NCBI GenBank assembly: GCA_002633005.1
Contig: NMRA01000489.1
Span: forward strand, 1 to 35,222
Length of the DNA: 35,222 bases
Origin: Phoronis australis
Lineage: Eukaryota > Animalia > Phoronida
Direction of reading: 5' to 3'
Shown here: positions 21,754 to 33,367 of the stretch, in pieces
Numbering within the stretch: position 1 is the first letter of the stretch
Layout of the letters: each line of letters begins with the position of its first letter
The notes under the pieces: model-generated
The model's database searches: none
Told to the model about the DNA's origin: nothing
The model's input: the letters and a program-made list of their open reading frames with translations, nothing else
Made by a program: the position numbers and the translations under genes

Positions 21754-21973
21754 CAGTGGCAGATCTACGTTTTCAGTAAGGGGGGGGGGTGAATCCGAGG
21801 CGCGTAGCGCCGAGCGGAGGGAAGGTCGGGAGGGCCGTGGTTTCCCTCCTCCCGTGTAAGATTTTTTTTGGTTTTTAGTAGCTGATTTCATTTTTCTGGC
21901 GACATTTTTTTATTTTTGATCCTGTCCCGAGGGGGGTTTGAACCCCCTGAACCCCTCCTTAGATGCGCCTCTG
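21754..21973. mobile_element. MITE with imperfect CAG-type TIRs
   Basis: CAGTGGCAGATCTA ... TAGATGCGCCTCTG, with G-run and C-run subtermini. Confidence 0.65.
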
Positions 21974-22483
21974 ATTGCATGTTTGAGACAGCCCAACTCA
22001 TTTAGTTTTATCCCCCGAATGTAGCTTAGTCCTGTCGTTCCGATTTACAACTCATTTTAAACCATCTTGGCTTCTTCAATTTTTAACTTAGAATCATAAT
22101 TTTTTACCATCCACGTTCGCAAGACACAGTGACTTCACATTTTTCCCAGGTCGCCAAACAGAATCTGAGGTTGCATTGGCAGGCCTGCAGGTCGCTTAAT
22201 GGAGGGCTGTGTTGTTATGAAATGTGTCTCATCTCTACATATTCATATACTGATTACATCTCATCTTGTTCCTGATTAGGATGGCTATCAGGAGAATGCT
22301 GGACAATGTATGGTAACCTAACCAATTTCAATTCAAAAAGAGTATGTGAACCCGATGATGAAGGGCAATTGCACCAGCGTGATAAAGCTTGTATTTCCAA
22401 CACCAGATCATTGCTCATTGCTTAAGTGTACTAAAGCAGCAAGCCCATCAACTTCTTGGTAACTTGAGAATTGTTTGTTTCAG

Positions 22484-22835
22484 GGCTTGGATAGTGTTTG
22501 CGGCCAATACAGCTACTCGTTGCTTGATGGCTCCAGTGTAACATGTAGCTTGTGTCAACCTGGATATCGTGTTCTTCATCACTGCAACAGAACACATCCC
22601 ACTGTGTGCGTCCCTTGTGGGTCAAATACATTCAACACGGCGTGCAGCAGGTCCACCTCCTGTGCAGACTGTGCTGAAAGTTGTGAGTCTTTGTATGGGT
22701 TGGTTCCAACGGCTACATGCTCTACTGTAAATGACTTGATATGTGATTGTCCGAATCGCATGTTTAGACGTGGCAAATATGACAGATGCACTGAGCATAC
22801 AGTGTGCAAATTGGGCTCCGGTGTCTCTAAGAATG
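22484..22835 (+). CDS. TNF receptor superfamily protein, exon encoding CRD1, CRD2 and most of CRD3
   Basis: tttcag|GGC acceptor and G|gtaggt donor (phase 0 to 1). Encodes CSLCQPGYRVLHHCNRTHPTVC-VPCGSNTF..CADCAESC..CSTVNDLIC-DCPNRMF..CTEHTVCKLGSGV, a TNFR cysteine-rich pattern similar to OPG/DcR3/DR6. Confidence 0.93.
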
Positions 22836-23366
22836 GTAGGTGGGAATTTAATTACTTCTATTAGTTAGTTTCATTGTTATTGCCTCTGAACTAAAGTTAT
22901 GGAAGTTGTCAAGTTTTTACATCTTTTAGGGTAGTAGTCGGATATAATGTGCCTGCATTTTGATGACCAGTTCTCTCCATTGACTTTAGGGTATCAAACC
23001 GGTTCTCAAAATGTAGGCACATTATATCTGACTTGCCGCTGCAGGTACAAGGGACATGCTCTAATTGTAAAACACGCGCAGGGATGTCTTCATTCATTAA
23101 GTGGAAGCCGTGAAATTTCTCCCATAATTCGTCATTCCAGCCTCACCATTGTGGCATTGATTTTGCTAGTGTGCGCAATTAAAGTGCCTAGCATACACGC
23201 GAAAAATTAGTCTTTTACTGTGTGACCATAAATCTCACTTTTCTTGCCAGAAACTTGCTTTAGCGAATGCATTCCCAATGATATGTTGTGAAAAATAGTC
23301 CAGTCAAGAATACATTGTTATCTACGCTGCCTAGACCTCTCAAAGTTATAACACCTCACTTGCATT

Positions 23367-23607
23367 TTGATGTTGTTGGCTATAACCATTAGTAACTCAC
23401 TGATTGTTTCAATTCATTATATATTTACTTGACAGTCCTGTCTCAGCATGAATCATAAAGTCTTGTAAATGGATTATGACTAATTGATGTTGTTGGCTAT
23501 AACTCTTAGTAACTCACTACTGTTTCAATTCATTATATATTTACTTGACAGTCCTGTCTCATCAAGAATCATAAAGTTTTGTAAATGGATTATGACTAAC
23601 TGATGTT
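23367..23607. repeat. Intronic tandem duplication, 2 x ~117 bp
   Basis: Units start TTGATGTTGTTGGCTATAAC at 23367 and 23484. Confidence 0.9.
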
Positions 23608-23844
23608 ATTTCTGCTTCTAAATTTTATTTGTACGTCCCATAGAGTGAAGGGTTTGTAAACATGCATGAACCTCAACATGGGTCGTTGTCACGTACTCTC
23701 TCTGATTGCGAGTATTGTTTGGTTATTGTACAGGTCCTAGAGAGGTTCGTTTCCAAAATTAAGTGAGGGTGACACAGATTACGAGTTGCATGAACCCAAT
23801 TAATAATGTTAATGAGAATGGTAATAGTACTCCTTTATTTCCAG

Positions 23845-24048
23845 GGACAAACGGGTCGGATACAGAGTGTGAGCAGTGTAAGCATGGGTTCTATTCTGAT
23901 GTTCCACAAAACTATGAATCTCCCTGCCGCCCATGGTCTACATGTCCTGATGGTTATGTGATGAAGTTTCCTGGAAACGCCAGCCATGATGTCACGTGTC
24001 AGAAGAATTCAAGTGGTGTTGCAACAACAACAACAACAACAACGGATG
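23845..24048 (+). CDS. TNFR exon: end of CRD3, CRD4 and poly-Thr stalk
   Basis: ttccag|GG acceptor and G|gtatga donor (phase 1 to 1). Encodes GTNGSDTECEQCKHGFYSD..CRPWSTCPDG..PGNASHDVTC..TTTTTTTD. Confidence 0.93.
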
Positions 24049-24177
24049 GTATGAATATGTTGACTCATCTTTGTCTACCTTGAGTGTTTAAATTGTCTAG
24101 AAATTCAGAGCGACAGAAGTAAAATTGTTGAAAATTCAGGGGTGGGTGTTTAACTGTATGTGGGCATTAACATAAAT

Positions 24178-24405
24178 TGGTAAAGTAACAGGAAATTTAT
24201 CCAATTAAATGCATATTAAGCCCTTTCTATCCAGCTCAGTTGTCGTATTAAGTCGTTGTTTATGATAAGGTAACTGGAAATTTATCTGGGTAAAATCCGT
24301 ATTTAGTCCTGTCTAGCGAGTCAAATTTGCTGTCACTTGTTGTATATGATAGTTGCAAGAAATTTATTGATTAAAAACTTGTGCTGAGTCCGGTCTACCC
24401 AAATA
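24178..24405. repeat. Degenerate ~85-bp tandem repeat, about 3 copies
   Basis: Recurring GAAATTTAT...AGTCC..TCTA...TTGT.TATGATA pattern. Confidence 0.5.
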
Positions 24406-24493
24406 TATTACCAGTATACGAATGTTGTACTGGACTGTATAGACAGTCGAATGCCACAAATTGCACCATGTACACAGGTGCTTCAACTGGTCC

Positions 24494-24896
24494 GACTACG
24501 TAGATCGGTGATTTGTCACATAGGACCAAGATATACGGCGTTGATGAGTGATTTGTCATGTAGGAACAAGACAGGCTGGGTTGATGAGTGATTTGTCATG
24601 TAGGACCAAAATAGACTGCATTGACGAGTGATTTGTCACATAGGACCAAGACAGACTGCGTTGATGAGTGATTTGTAATGTAGGACCAAGACTGACTGCA
24701 CTGACGGGTGATTTGTCATGTAGGACCAAGACAGACTGCGTTGATGGGTGATTTGTCACGTAGGACCAAGACAGGCTGTGTAGATGGGTGATTTGTCACG
24801 TAGGACCAAGACGGAGACTGCGTTGATGGGTGATTTGTCACGTAGGACCAAGACAGACTGCATTGATGAGTGATTTGTCATGTAGGACCAAGATAG
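24494..24896. repeat. 40-bp minisatellite, about 10 copies (intronic)
   Basis: Consensus GTGATTTGTCAYRTAGGACCAAGACAGACTGCGTTGATGR. Units at 24508, 24548, 24588, 24628, 24668, 24708, 24748, 24788, 24830 and 24870. Confidence 0.97.
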
Positions 24897-25011
24897 TCAT
24901 GCACAAACATTATGTACTGCAATGATGTCAAAGCTGTACTTGTCTGAACAAAAATGCTTTTGTTTCTGAAAAATGGGTAGTACATTTTGTATTACAAATT
25001 GTGCCTTTCAG

Positions 25012-25132
25012 ATGGCAGTGTACGTGGAACTTCTGTGAAAACTGAACTTGAAGTTGTTCCAGTTGTTGCTGTGGTATCACTAGTTGTCATTGTGGTATTG
25101 GTAGTAATCGTCTGTCAGTGGAATAGAAAACG
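25012..25132 (+). CDS. TNFR exon: transmembrane helix
   Basis: ctttcag|AT acceptor and CG|gtgaga donor (phase 1 to 2). Encodes DGSVRGTSVKTELEVVPVVAVVSLVVIVVLVVIVCQWNRKR. Not present in the ORF track. Confidence 0.9.
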
Positions 25133-26481
25133 GTGAGACTTGGTGTATTAATGTTACTGAGACTGCAGGTTAAGTTCAAATCCACCTGGCTCTTATAACA
25201 TTTGATGTCAAATACGCTAACTATTCAGTTGACCATCTTAGTGTGACATAATTCCTTTAACTTTGTATCTTACACAGTCTTGGTTTAATTTTTGAGCTTG
25301 AGTGTTCTCTTTACTTCAAAATCAGTGAATTGTTAATTTATCCACCAAAAGCAATTAAAGTTTCCGCAAAATGGGAATCAAGCTGCTTGTGTTGGAATTT
25401 CAAATCATTACAAAGCCCATTCTATCCCTCTCAGTTGGTTATCTGGGTAGTAATAACCAATAACCTGTTAATTATATTAATCGAAGAAACAGGCTCAAGC
25501 AACATCTGGCTTACATTCCGGAAACACTAGAACATCCAAGGCTTCATGAGAAGCCGCGATGTATGACAAGCGGAGCATGTGATCTTACTTATAGTCTATC
25601 TCCGGAGGTTGTTTGGGCCACTTAACACAGCGCTAACAACATCAGATATGCCTGATACCCTGTAATGAGTAGTGTTGAAACAATTTGACTGTCGCTAAAG
25701 GAAAACGCCAAATATCAATCCAAGACTGCAGCAAAATTGATTCTGTGTGTCTCACAAAAAATTTGAAAATTCCCATAAGTGAAGCAATATGTCTTGTCGG
25801 CTACACACAAACCTCATATTGCTATTGAGAAGTATGTTGTATCTTGTTTGATGAAGAATCTTAACCTTGGTAGGTGCTTTGGTATGCCCTCATTGTCTAT
25901 CATAGCCAATACCCTTTCCAGTACTTAATGTCGGTGTGGCTCAAAATCCATTCAGAATTGTGCCTAGAAACTGACAGGGTTTCCGATGAATGGATTCTGA
26001 AAAATGTTCTCACCGTTACTGTTTATACAGCCAGCTCCAACAAAAGACCAGTTGTGATTAGATATGCCTGGCTTGACCATGTAAAGATTGTTCATTGTGG
26101 TCGTAACTATCTTAGTTGGTTCTCCATGCTAGTCTGAATGTGAGCTAAGTTGTGATATATACGATAAAATCTCTTCAATTTCGGGCAAAAATAATTGCTA
26201 AAATTGCCCCCTTTTCATTTTTCGTTGTTGTGAATGCCCACAGTGGGACAGCATTAATTTGGTGCTTCATGTCTTTCATGGAAAAAATGGGAAAATAAAG
26301 AATTCACTTGTCAGCTATATTTTGTGTTAAAATTGAGATTTTATTGTATGTATATAGTAAAAGGGTTTGGCTACATGGTGTAGGGATTTAACTACAACAT
26401 GTTGTTGAACAGTTATGAGTTGTATTGAATTAGGTATTTTAGTACAATCATGTAAACCTGCAATTTTGTTGCTTTATCCAG

Positions 26482-26583
26482 CAAAGCAAAGAAACAGGCC
26501 AATAATAATGTATCTGATGATGGTCACACCTTGGTCAAAGTTCTGGTTGAAAAACAGAATGGCTTTGAAAGGACAAATGCACA
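26482..26583 (+). CDS. TNFR exon: juxtamembrane cytoplasmic region
   Basis: tatccag|C acceptor and CA|gtaagt donor (phase 2 to 2). Encodes KAKKQANNNVSDDGHTLVKVLVEKQNGFERTNA, continuing the basic stop-transfer cluster. Confidence 0.8.
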
Positions 26584-26670
26584 GTAAGTTATTAGTATTA
26601 CTTATAGTAGTGTCACTGTCCTTTTCATTGGTAAGGTACTTGTTAATTTATCCATTTAGAATCAGACTTA

Positions 26671-27239
26671 GGGCTGTTCCAGCAAAATCTGTGTGGGAGG
26701 GGGGGAAGGCAACTGAAATAAAAATTTATGGGTGGTTGCGTTTGATTTAAATTCAAAATGGCTGGTAGTCGTACTTCATAAAAATAAAAATTTACAGGTC
26801 GTTGTTGTTTCATTGGGCCATAAATGTTTGATGGTGGGTAATTTTAGTAAATTTTATAAACAATCCACACAGAATCAAAAACTGAAACAAAAATGCAACT
26901 TGCAAAAAGCTCCGACTTTTTCACTCCCTCCGATCTCCTCATCGGCATGCCCATAACACCATTTAACCACAGGTGCTCGAATTTCTCCATGGCTAATAAC
27001 CAAAAATAAGAAACATATGTTTTCTTAGTAATGAATGACGTTAGTGGTGATGGAGGAACAGATAAACTCAAGTGCCTGTGCAGTCAACCACAAGAACAAA
27101 AAAAATTACGGGTGGTTGCATTTCAAACTTATAAAAAATTACGGTTGGTAGGCTGAAGAAATAAATGAAAAATATGGGTGGTGGGTGCGAAAAAAAGGTG
27201 CCTTCCCCCCCTCCCATACAGATTTTACTGGAACAGCCC
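26671..27239. mobile_element. PIF/Harbinger-type MITE with 41-bp TIRs and TTA TSD
   Basis: TIR GGGCTGTTCCAGCAAAATCTGTGTGGGAGGGGGGGAAGGCA with 2 mismatches to the right end. TTA at 26668-26670 and 27240-27242. Confidence 0.9.
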
Positions 27240-28074
27240 TTAACATTTCTGCTAATTTACCATATCTGCAGATAGTCTAGAGTTTGAATGATTTAACTAT
27301 TAAAGGACAGCTGTTGTTCGATATCAACGTTTGTTTTTGGTTGTTTTTTTGAACATCATAGAGATTGAAAGTGATCTCTGTGTGTGAGAGGATTTGGCAC
27401 TCATGCCTATTTCAATATTGTAGGAAGTCTATTACACTGTTCATACACTCTGCTTATTTTAAAATGATGATTTTTCTGGCGATGATGGAAAACGGTTTCT
27501 ACCCCCAAAAAGTATCGAGAGATTAATGATTACCAGTAATTGATCTGAAGCAGCCCAGCCCTGGACAGATCGCTAACCCTGTCAAAATGGATGCAATTTT
27601 GACACTCATTTTTTCCTCAGTTTCCCGAAAGTCCTTGTTTGTGGACGGAAATTGTTTTCTATTATGGCATGGGTTGGTTTGAGACACATGTTTTGTGGTT
27701 GAAACACCTGGTTTACAAATTGTATTTTAGGTTGGAAGGAAGGAGGGAACGTCTTTTTACTTGAGACTGTTTATTCTGCCTTTGACACCTCTGTTTCTAG
27801 TATGTGTCTCAAAGTCTTTTGCTAAAAAGCCAAAGAACTCTTACAAGTGGCTGAAATCGTGTGGGACAATTTTATCCAGAAGCAGGCAGTGTTGGAAAAG
27901 CTATAATAAGATATTGTTACGGTGGCTAGAAAGGAGCTTTGGACTGACTAATTTCACTAATATGTTGGGATACAGAGCGTGGTTTGCAAGGATGTTATCT
28001 CGCTTGTACTATGTCTGTGATTGTATTTGAAACACTACTATGACGAGAGTACTGAATTGATATTCCATTTACAG

Positions 28075-28118
28075 GTGTATGGCTTGTACCACTGGTGCTG
28101 GTGACACTAACAGGAAAG
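28075..28118 (+). CDS. TNFR small cytoplasmic exon
   Basis: tttacag|G acceptor and G|gtttgt donor (phase 2 to 1). Encodes QCMACTTGAGDTNRK and bridges the phases of the flanking exons. Confidence 0.65.
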
Positions 28119-28292
28119 GTTTGTTTTCTAATCTTCTCTCCACCTTCATTGTTTCATTCTGCAGTTTCTGTCTAAAACCTTGGATAGTTACCATGTGTAT
28201 ATCTCAGTTTGAAGTGGCTTTGTAAATATCTTGAAAACCCCAGGTTGTGTTTTGATGAAGTATGTACAAGGATAGTTCATGGTTTTTTTCAA

Positions 28293-29030
28293 TCTTTCTT
28301 ATTTGCCCCCCCCAGGACCAGGGTGGTGCTAGGCTTTTCAGTATTTTGGGGAAGAGCATTACGGTTGATTTATGGCGAATTGATTCGCAGATTTAATTGA
28401 AACTCGACGCAATGGTATGTGACAGTTATATTGGTGGCACAAGTTGATTTTCAGACAGATATGACCACTGCCGCATCGTCTAGTGGCCATTTATCGTCTA
28501 CAAGGGGCTTTTCAAGATTTTTAGGGAGCATTTCTGGATATCTAGTGGACAAATTGACAAATTTCAGTGAAACTTGCCTCAGAGGTATGTGGTTGCAATT
28601 GTGATCGATTTTTGGGCAGATTCGACTCAGCAGCAACCTGTAGTCTCTGTTCCATTTTAGAAATGATCTCAGCAAAAAGTTTTGAGTAGATTCCATCATG
28701 GTGTCTATTTTTATCTGCTAAATCTCACGATTCTTCTTTATGAAAAGAAATAGACTGCACCTGCCAATTTTTGGATGGTACCATATTTATTTGTGCCATT
28801 TTTACTTCTTTTTGAAAATGTTGAAAACTATCATTTATTTCATTTGATTTGAGTCGAAATATTTAGGTATCAACAATTCTATGTAAATGCTGATTGTTCT
28901 AGCTCCCCCTTGTGGTCAGTTTGTTATCTCATTGTACCATTCCTGATTCCTGAACCTAATAAGGACTCTTAGAAACATACAATTTGCATTCCATTGTAGG
29001 TGAATATTAGCGCTTGGCATTGCACTTGTT
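28293..29030 (+). mobile_element. Old non-autonomous Helentron-like element
   Basis: T-rich 5' end with GC stem, degenerate internal units (GAAACT..., CTAGTGGCCATTT) and a 3' end ...GCATTGCACTTGTT like the younger elements downstream. Confidence 0.45.
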
Positions 29031-29583
29031 TTAGGTTTTGTAGAGTTAATCATTTAAGGGTAAAAAACATGGTTGTGGTCCCTACTCTGACTCATTCTGC
29101 ACTCATTGACTAAAACAAACGTGCGCCTTTATCAGTTTCAGTCAAGGTCTTGTGTTTTAACTAATCTATGCTTGGGTCATCTGATTTTCAATAGAACATG
29201 CAAGTTATCAGTTCATGACTGTCACTGAGGTCACTGGGTGAGGTCAGTGATTGCATAAATCATGCCTAATTCCACAGTGACGATATGTCCTTGACATTTT
29301 ATTGAATCACTGTGTTGTTCAAATGTTTATAACTAACCATTTTGGTTTTCTTGAAAAGGACACATGACAAAATATGCAGGCTGTGTAGTGGTTTCATGAA
29401 ACGGGAGAAAACATAACATATACAGGCACCGATGTATTATATCAATCACAAGTTCTTCTAGCGACCTCCTAAAGGGTATTTCAGTCAGTCAGCTAATTTC
29501 AGGTTTGGTGACAATGTCTGTGAATAATAATAGTACTATTGATGTGTTTACTCTGTGCTAAACATTCTTACTTTTTCCCCCAG

Positions 29584-29613
29584 ATATCGCAGCGCCTATC
29601 ATCCACTTGAAAG
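29584..29613 (+). CDS. TNFR 30-nt cytoplasmic micro-exon
   Basis: tttttcccccag|AT acceptor and AG|gtaagt donor (phase 1 to 1). Encodes DIAAPIIHLK. Confidence 0.75.
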
Positions 29614-29792
29614 GTAAGTGTTGCACATTTTCACGTTTGCTATCCTTCGAGCCTAAAATTACAATAAAGTTGCGCCAAATTTGTTCTCAAAACGTCGAAG
29701 CCTATCTTGATGTCTTGTAACAGATAAAGGATAATGAGAAAACTGGTAACTTAGGCAAAAAGCAAGTCCTAAGTGCGACCCAATCCATGAGG

Positions 29793-32615
29793 TTTTTATG
29801 CGGCCACATATTTATATGTGGGTGCATATTGCCGTCATCGCTATCTGGACGTTGGATGTCCGCAGCTGAATCTCCTAAACCTCTTGCAGAATCTTAATGA
29901 GATTTGTTATGTGCATTCTTGTGATGCTGACGACAGATGGTGACGACTTTTGGACTGATCTGAATACTGCTGTGCCCCCTAGGGGCAATTTTAATTTTTT
30001 ATGGTTGCCTCGGTATCTTCGTAAGTTGGATGGATTTTTATGCACCCACATATTTATATGTGGACGCATTATGTCATCATTCCCGTTCGGCGTTCGTTGC
30101 TCTATCTCCAAAATCCTTTGACGTATGTTCGTGAAATTGTGCACATGTGTTCCTTTTATGGATGGGACGGCACAAGCGAACTTTCGGACGGATCCGACTA
30201 CTGGTGTGCCCCCTAGTGGCAGTTTAGTTTTTTACGTTTACCTTTATATCTTCAAAGGTCCTCCACGTACATTCATAAAGTATGGCATATAGGCATCTGT
30301 TAGTCAGATGATGCTATCCTTCCGTTTTCAGATGGATTCGATGTTGTTTGTGTCACTTTGTGTCCATTTTTACTGTTTTTGAGTTTTTTGGCGTCCACCC
30401 CTCTATCAACCAAACCACTCTAAGGATGATTGTGAAAATTGGCATGTATGTTCTTACTTTGAAGAGGATGGCCGACGATGGTCTTCTGACAACTTCAACT
30501 ACTGCGGTGCCTGCTACTGGTATTTTTGTTTAGTGCCCATAGCTGCATCTCCTAAACCCACTGCAAATCTTTATTAAGTTTAGTAATTGCATTTATATGA
30601 AGCTAAACACAGATGACGACGTATTTCAGGCGGATCCAACAAACGCTGTGCCCCTTAGTGGCAGTTTTATTGTTTTCTGTTTTCCTTTCTTCTTCTGAAG
30701 TTCCTTTACAGATTTTTATGAAATTTGGTAAATAGCTTTCAATTAAAGAAGAGATGAAATGTTCCCGTTTTCATATGGATTGGATGTTTTTGCTCCATCT
30801 AGTGGCCATTTTCATGAAACAAATAAACAACCCTAGAAGCAAACCGTTTGTGGTGCATTCGCTGGCACATTTCAATGCTCTGCATTGCTCTTGTTGGAGG
30901 TCTTTGACAATTCTACACCACCTAGTGGCTTTTTCTTTTAAATTTTTGGGTCCGTTTTTGACGTCTGCCTTTCTATGTGCCAAACCACTTGAAGTATGAA
31001 AATTGGCAGGTGTGTTTCTGATGAGGAGACTGCAGTTGACATTGATTTTTGGGCATGGTTGACTACTTCCTGGTTTTTATGCGCTCACATATTTATATGT
31101 GGACGCATTACTATGCCGTCATCTCTGTCCGTCCGTCCGGGCGGCATCTGGCGTCCGGCGTACGCTGCTCTATCTCCAAAACCCTTAGACATACGTTCAT
31201 GAAATTTGGCACATATGTTCCATTTATGAATGGGACGGCATGTGCGAACTTTCGGACGGATCCGACTACCGGTGTGCCCCCTAGTGGCAATTTTAATTTT
31301 TTTATGCTTACCTTTGTATCTTCACAAGTCCTTAACGGATTTTCATGAAATTTGGTATTTAGGCACCTTTTAGTGAGATGACGCTATCCTCCCGTTTTCA
31401 GATGGATTTGACATAGTTTGCACCACCTAGTGGCCATTTTTAGTGTTTTCGAGTCTGTTTTTGTGCGTCCACCCCTCTATCAACCAAACCGCTCAAAGGA
31501 TGATTGTGAAAATTATCATGTATATGCTTACTATGTAGAGGACGGTTGATGATGATTTTCCGACGATTTCGACTACTGTGGCGCCTCCTAGTGGCAGTTT
31601 TGTTTTTTTTGCGCCTATGGCTGTATCTCCTAAACCTTTCGCAGGATCTTTACGAAATTGTGTAAGTATATTTATATGATGTTAACAACGGAAGATGACG
31701 ACTTTTGGACGGATCCGACTACTGGTGTGCCCCCTAGTGGCAATTTTAGTTTTTTACGCTTACCTTTGTATCTTCAAAAGTCCTGAACGGATTTTCATGA
31801 AATTTGGTATGTAGGCACCTATTAGTGAGATGACGCTATCCTCCCGTTTTCAGATGGATTCGACATAGTTTGCGCCACCTAGTGGCCATTTTTACTGTTT
31901 TCGAGTCTGTATTTTTGCGTCCACTCCTCTATCAACCAAACCGCTCAAAGGATGATTGTGAAAATTGGTGTGTATGCGCTTACTATAAGGAAGACAGCTG
32001 ACAATGGTTTTCAGACGATTTGGACTTCTGTGGCGCCTCCTAGTGGCAGTTTTGTTTTTTTGCGCCCATGGCTGCATCTCCCAAACCGTTTGCAGGATCT
32101 TTACTAAATTTAGCAAGTGTATTTATGTGATGTTGACAACAGACGATGACGACTTTAGGATGATTCTGACTACCGGTATGCCTCTAGTGGCAATTTTAGT
32201 ATTTGCCTCTAGTGCCAATTTTAGTATTTTACATTGACCTCTGTATTTTCATAGGTCTTCAGGTGTATACTTTGTGTTACTTCGTGACTATGAAGGAAAA
32301 GTTCCAAGTAGAAATTTGTTTCTGGCATTGTAATGCTGTGCTAATCTCGTATGTTGGTAAATTTGGCTTTAATTCTATGTTTCTGTGGTGCTTTAAGCAA
32401 CTGGTGTATAGGATGTGCTTGTATTATGAAGATTACTCACATTTTGCCCCTTGCCTATTGAGGAGACAATGACCATGCCTTTCCATTTTGCTAAGTACAA
32501 CATACTACATATATGCCCTCTACTGGCCACTTTATGGTACCAATAAACAACCCTAGAAGGATACCGTATGCGGTGCAATTGTGGGCGCATTTCAACGCTC
32601 TGTGTTGCTCTTGTT
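29793..32615 (+). mobile_element. Cluster of nested non-autonomous Helentron-like (HINE/DINE-1-like) elements with internal tandem repeats
   Basis: Three 5' heads TTTTTATGC..CACATATTTATATGTG..GCAT (stem-loop) at 29793, 30035 and 31074, and a (GTCC)n microsatellite near 31126. Internal units are ~145-160 bp. Two 3' ends with hairpin CAAYGC-TCT-GYRTTG plus CTCTTGTT end at 30895 and 32615. The 3' subTIR GTGGGCGCAT is complementary to the head. Confidence 0.8.
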
Positions 32616-33250
32616 GTGTTTCTCATTTGAACTGCCTCACCCATTACCTTGATTGAATGACTTAATCAGAAAATTTATTATTAGGTTTGTTGAAAATGTG
32701 GAAACTGAATGTACAAGTGTTTTCTGGGTGTAGAAATTACATAATATACTTAGAATTTAATTTTAAACTTCATGTCAACTTGTTAGTATTTATTTGGTCT
32801 CAGTGACATGGAAATGTCTTGGGTAAAATTTAGCAAAATAACAGTTAGCAATATCACGTCCAAATGTCTTTTTATCCCTGGAACTGTAAAAGTGCTATCA
32901 CACTATCATGTTTTTGTTTTATGGAACTTTGTCATCATTAGTTCCTATTTTCAATAGCACTTGATGTGAAAACAAAACACTATTAAAACCAATTCCCAAC
33001 TGTGTTGTGGAGAAGATTGCTTGAACAATAGTATATGAAAGTTTCATTTGAATCCGACTGGTGATTCCTGAAGTCATGAAGGTGTCCAAATCTTGATGTT
33101 ATTCCACTGTTATGTGACTGTTCTTAGTTCACTGCAAATGAAAACATATTGAAAATGTGTGGATTTTTCATTGATCTGTCATTAACTAAGGGAATGATGA
33201 ATGACGCTGGCCAATGCAACGTATTTGTAACATTCTCTGTAACATTGTAG

Positions 33251-33367
33251 ATCGTAGTACCTTCGACAATGATAAGGATTATTCCACCTACTGTGCTAAA
33301 GTTTGTGCTGACTATCTTGAAGATAATGTGATAGGAGACTCTGCTTCTGCTTTCCTGAGAAAGTTAG
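33251..33367 (+). CDS. TNFR exon: probable start of death domain
   Basis: attgtag|AT acceptor and AG|gtaagg donor (phase 1 to 1). Encodes DRSTFDNDKDYSTYCAKVCADYLEDNVIGDSASAFLRKLG; FLRKLG resembles death-domain helix 2. Confidence 0.75.

Noticed and set aside
24494-24896. CRISPR-like regular repeat array
   Set aside because: The variable parts are homologous to one another (40-bp minisatellite), there are no cas genes, and the array is in a eukaryotic intron.
29359-29416. Additional TNFR exon after ttgaaaag
   Set aside because: All phases hit stops before a credible donor.
29875-32644. ORFs within the Helentron-like cluster
   Set aside because: They are chance frames in tandem repeats with no Rep/helicase motifs.
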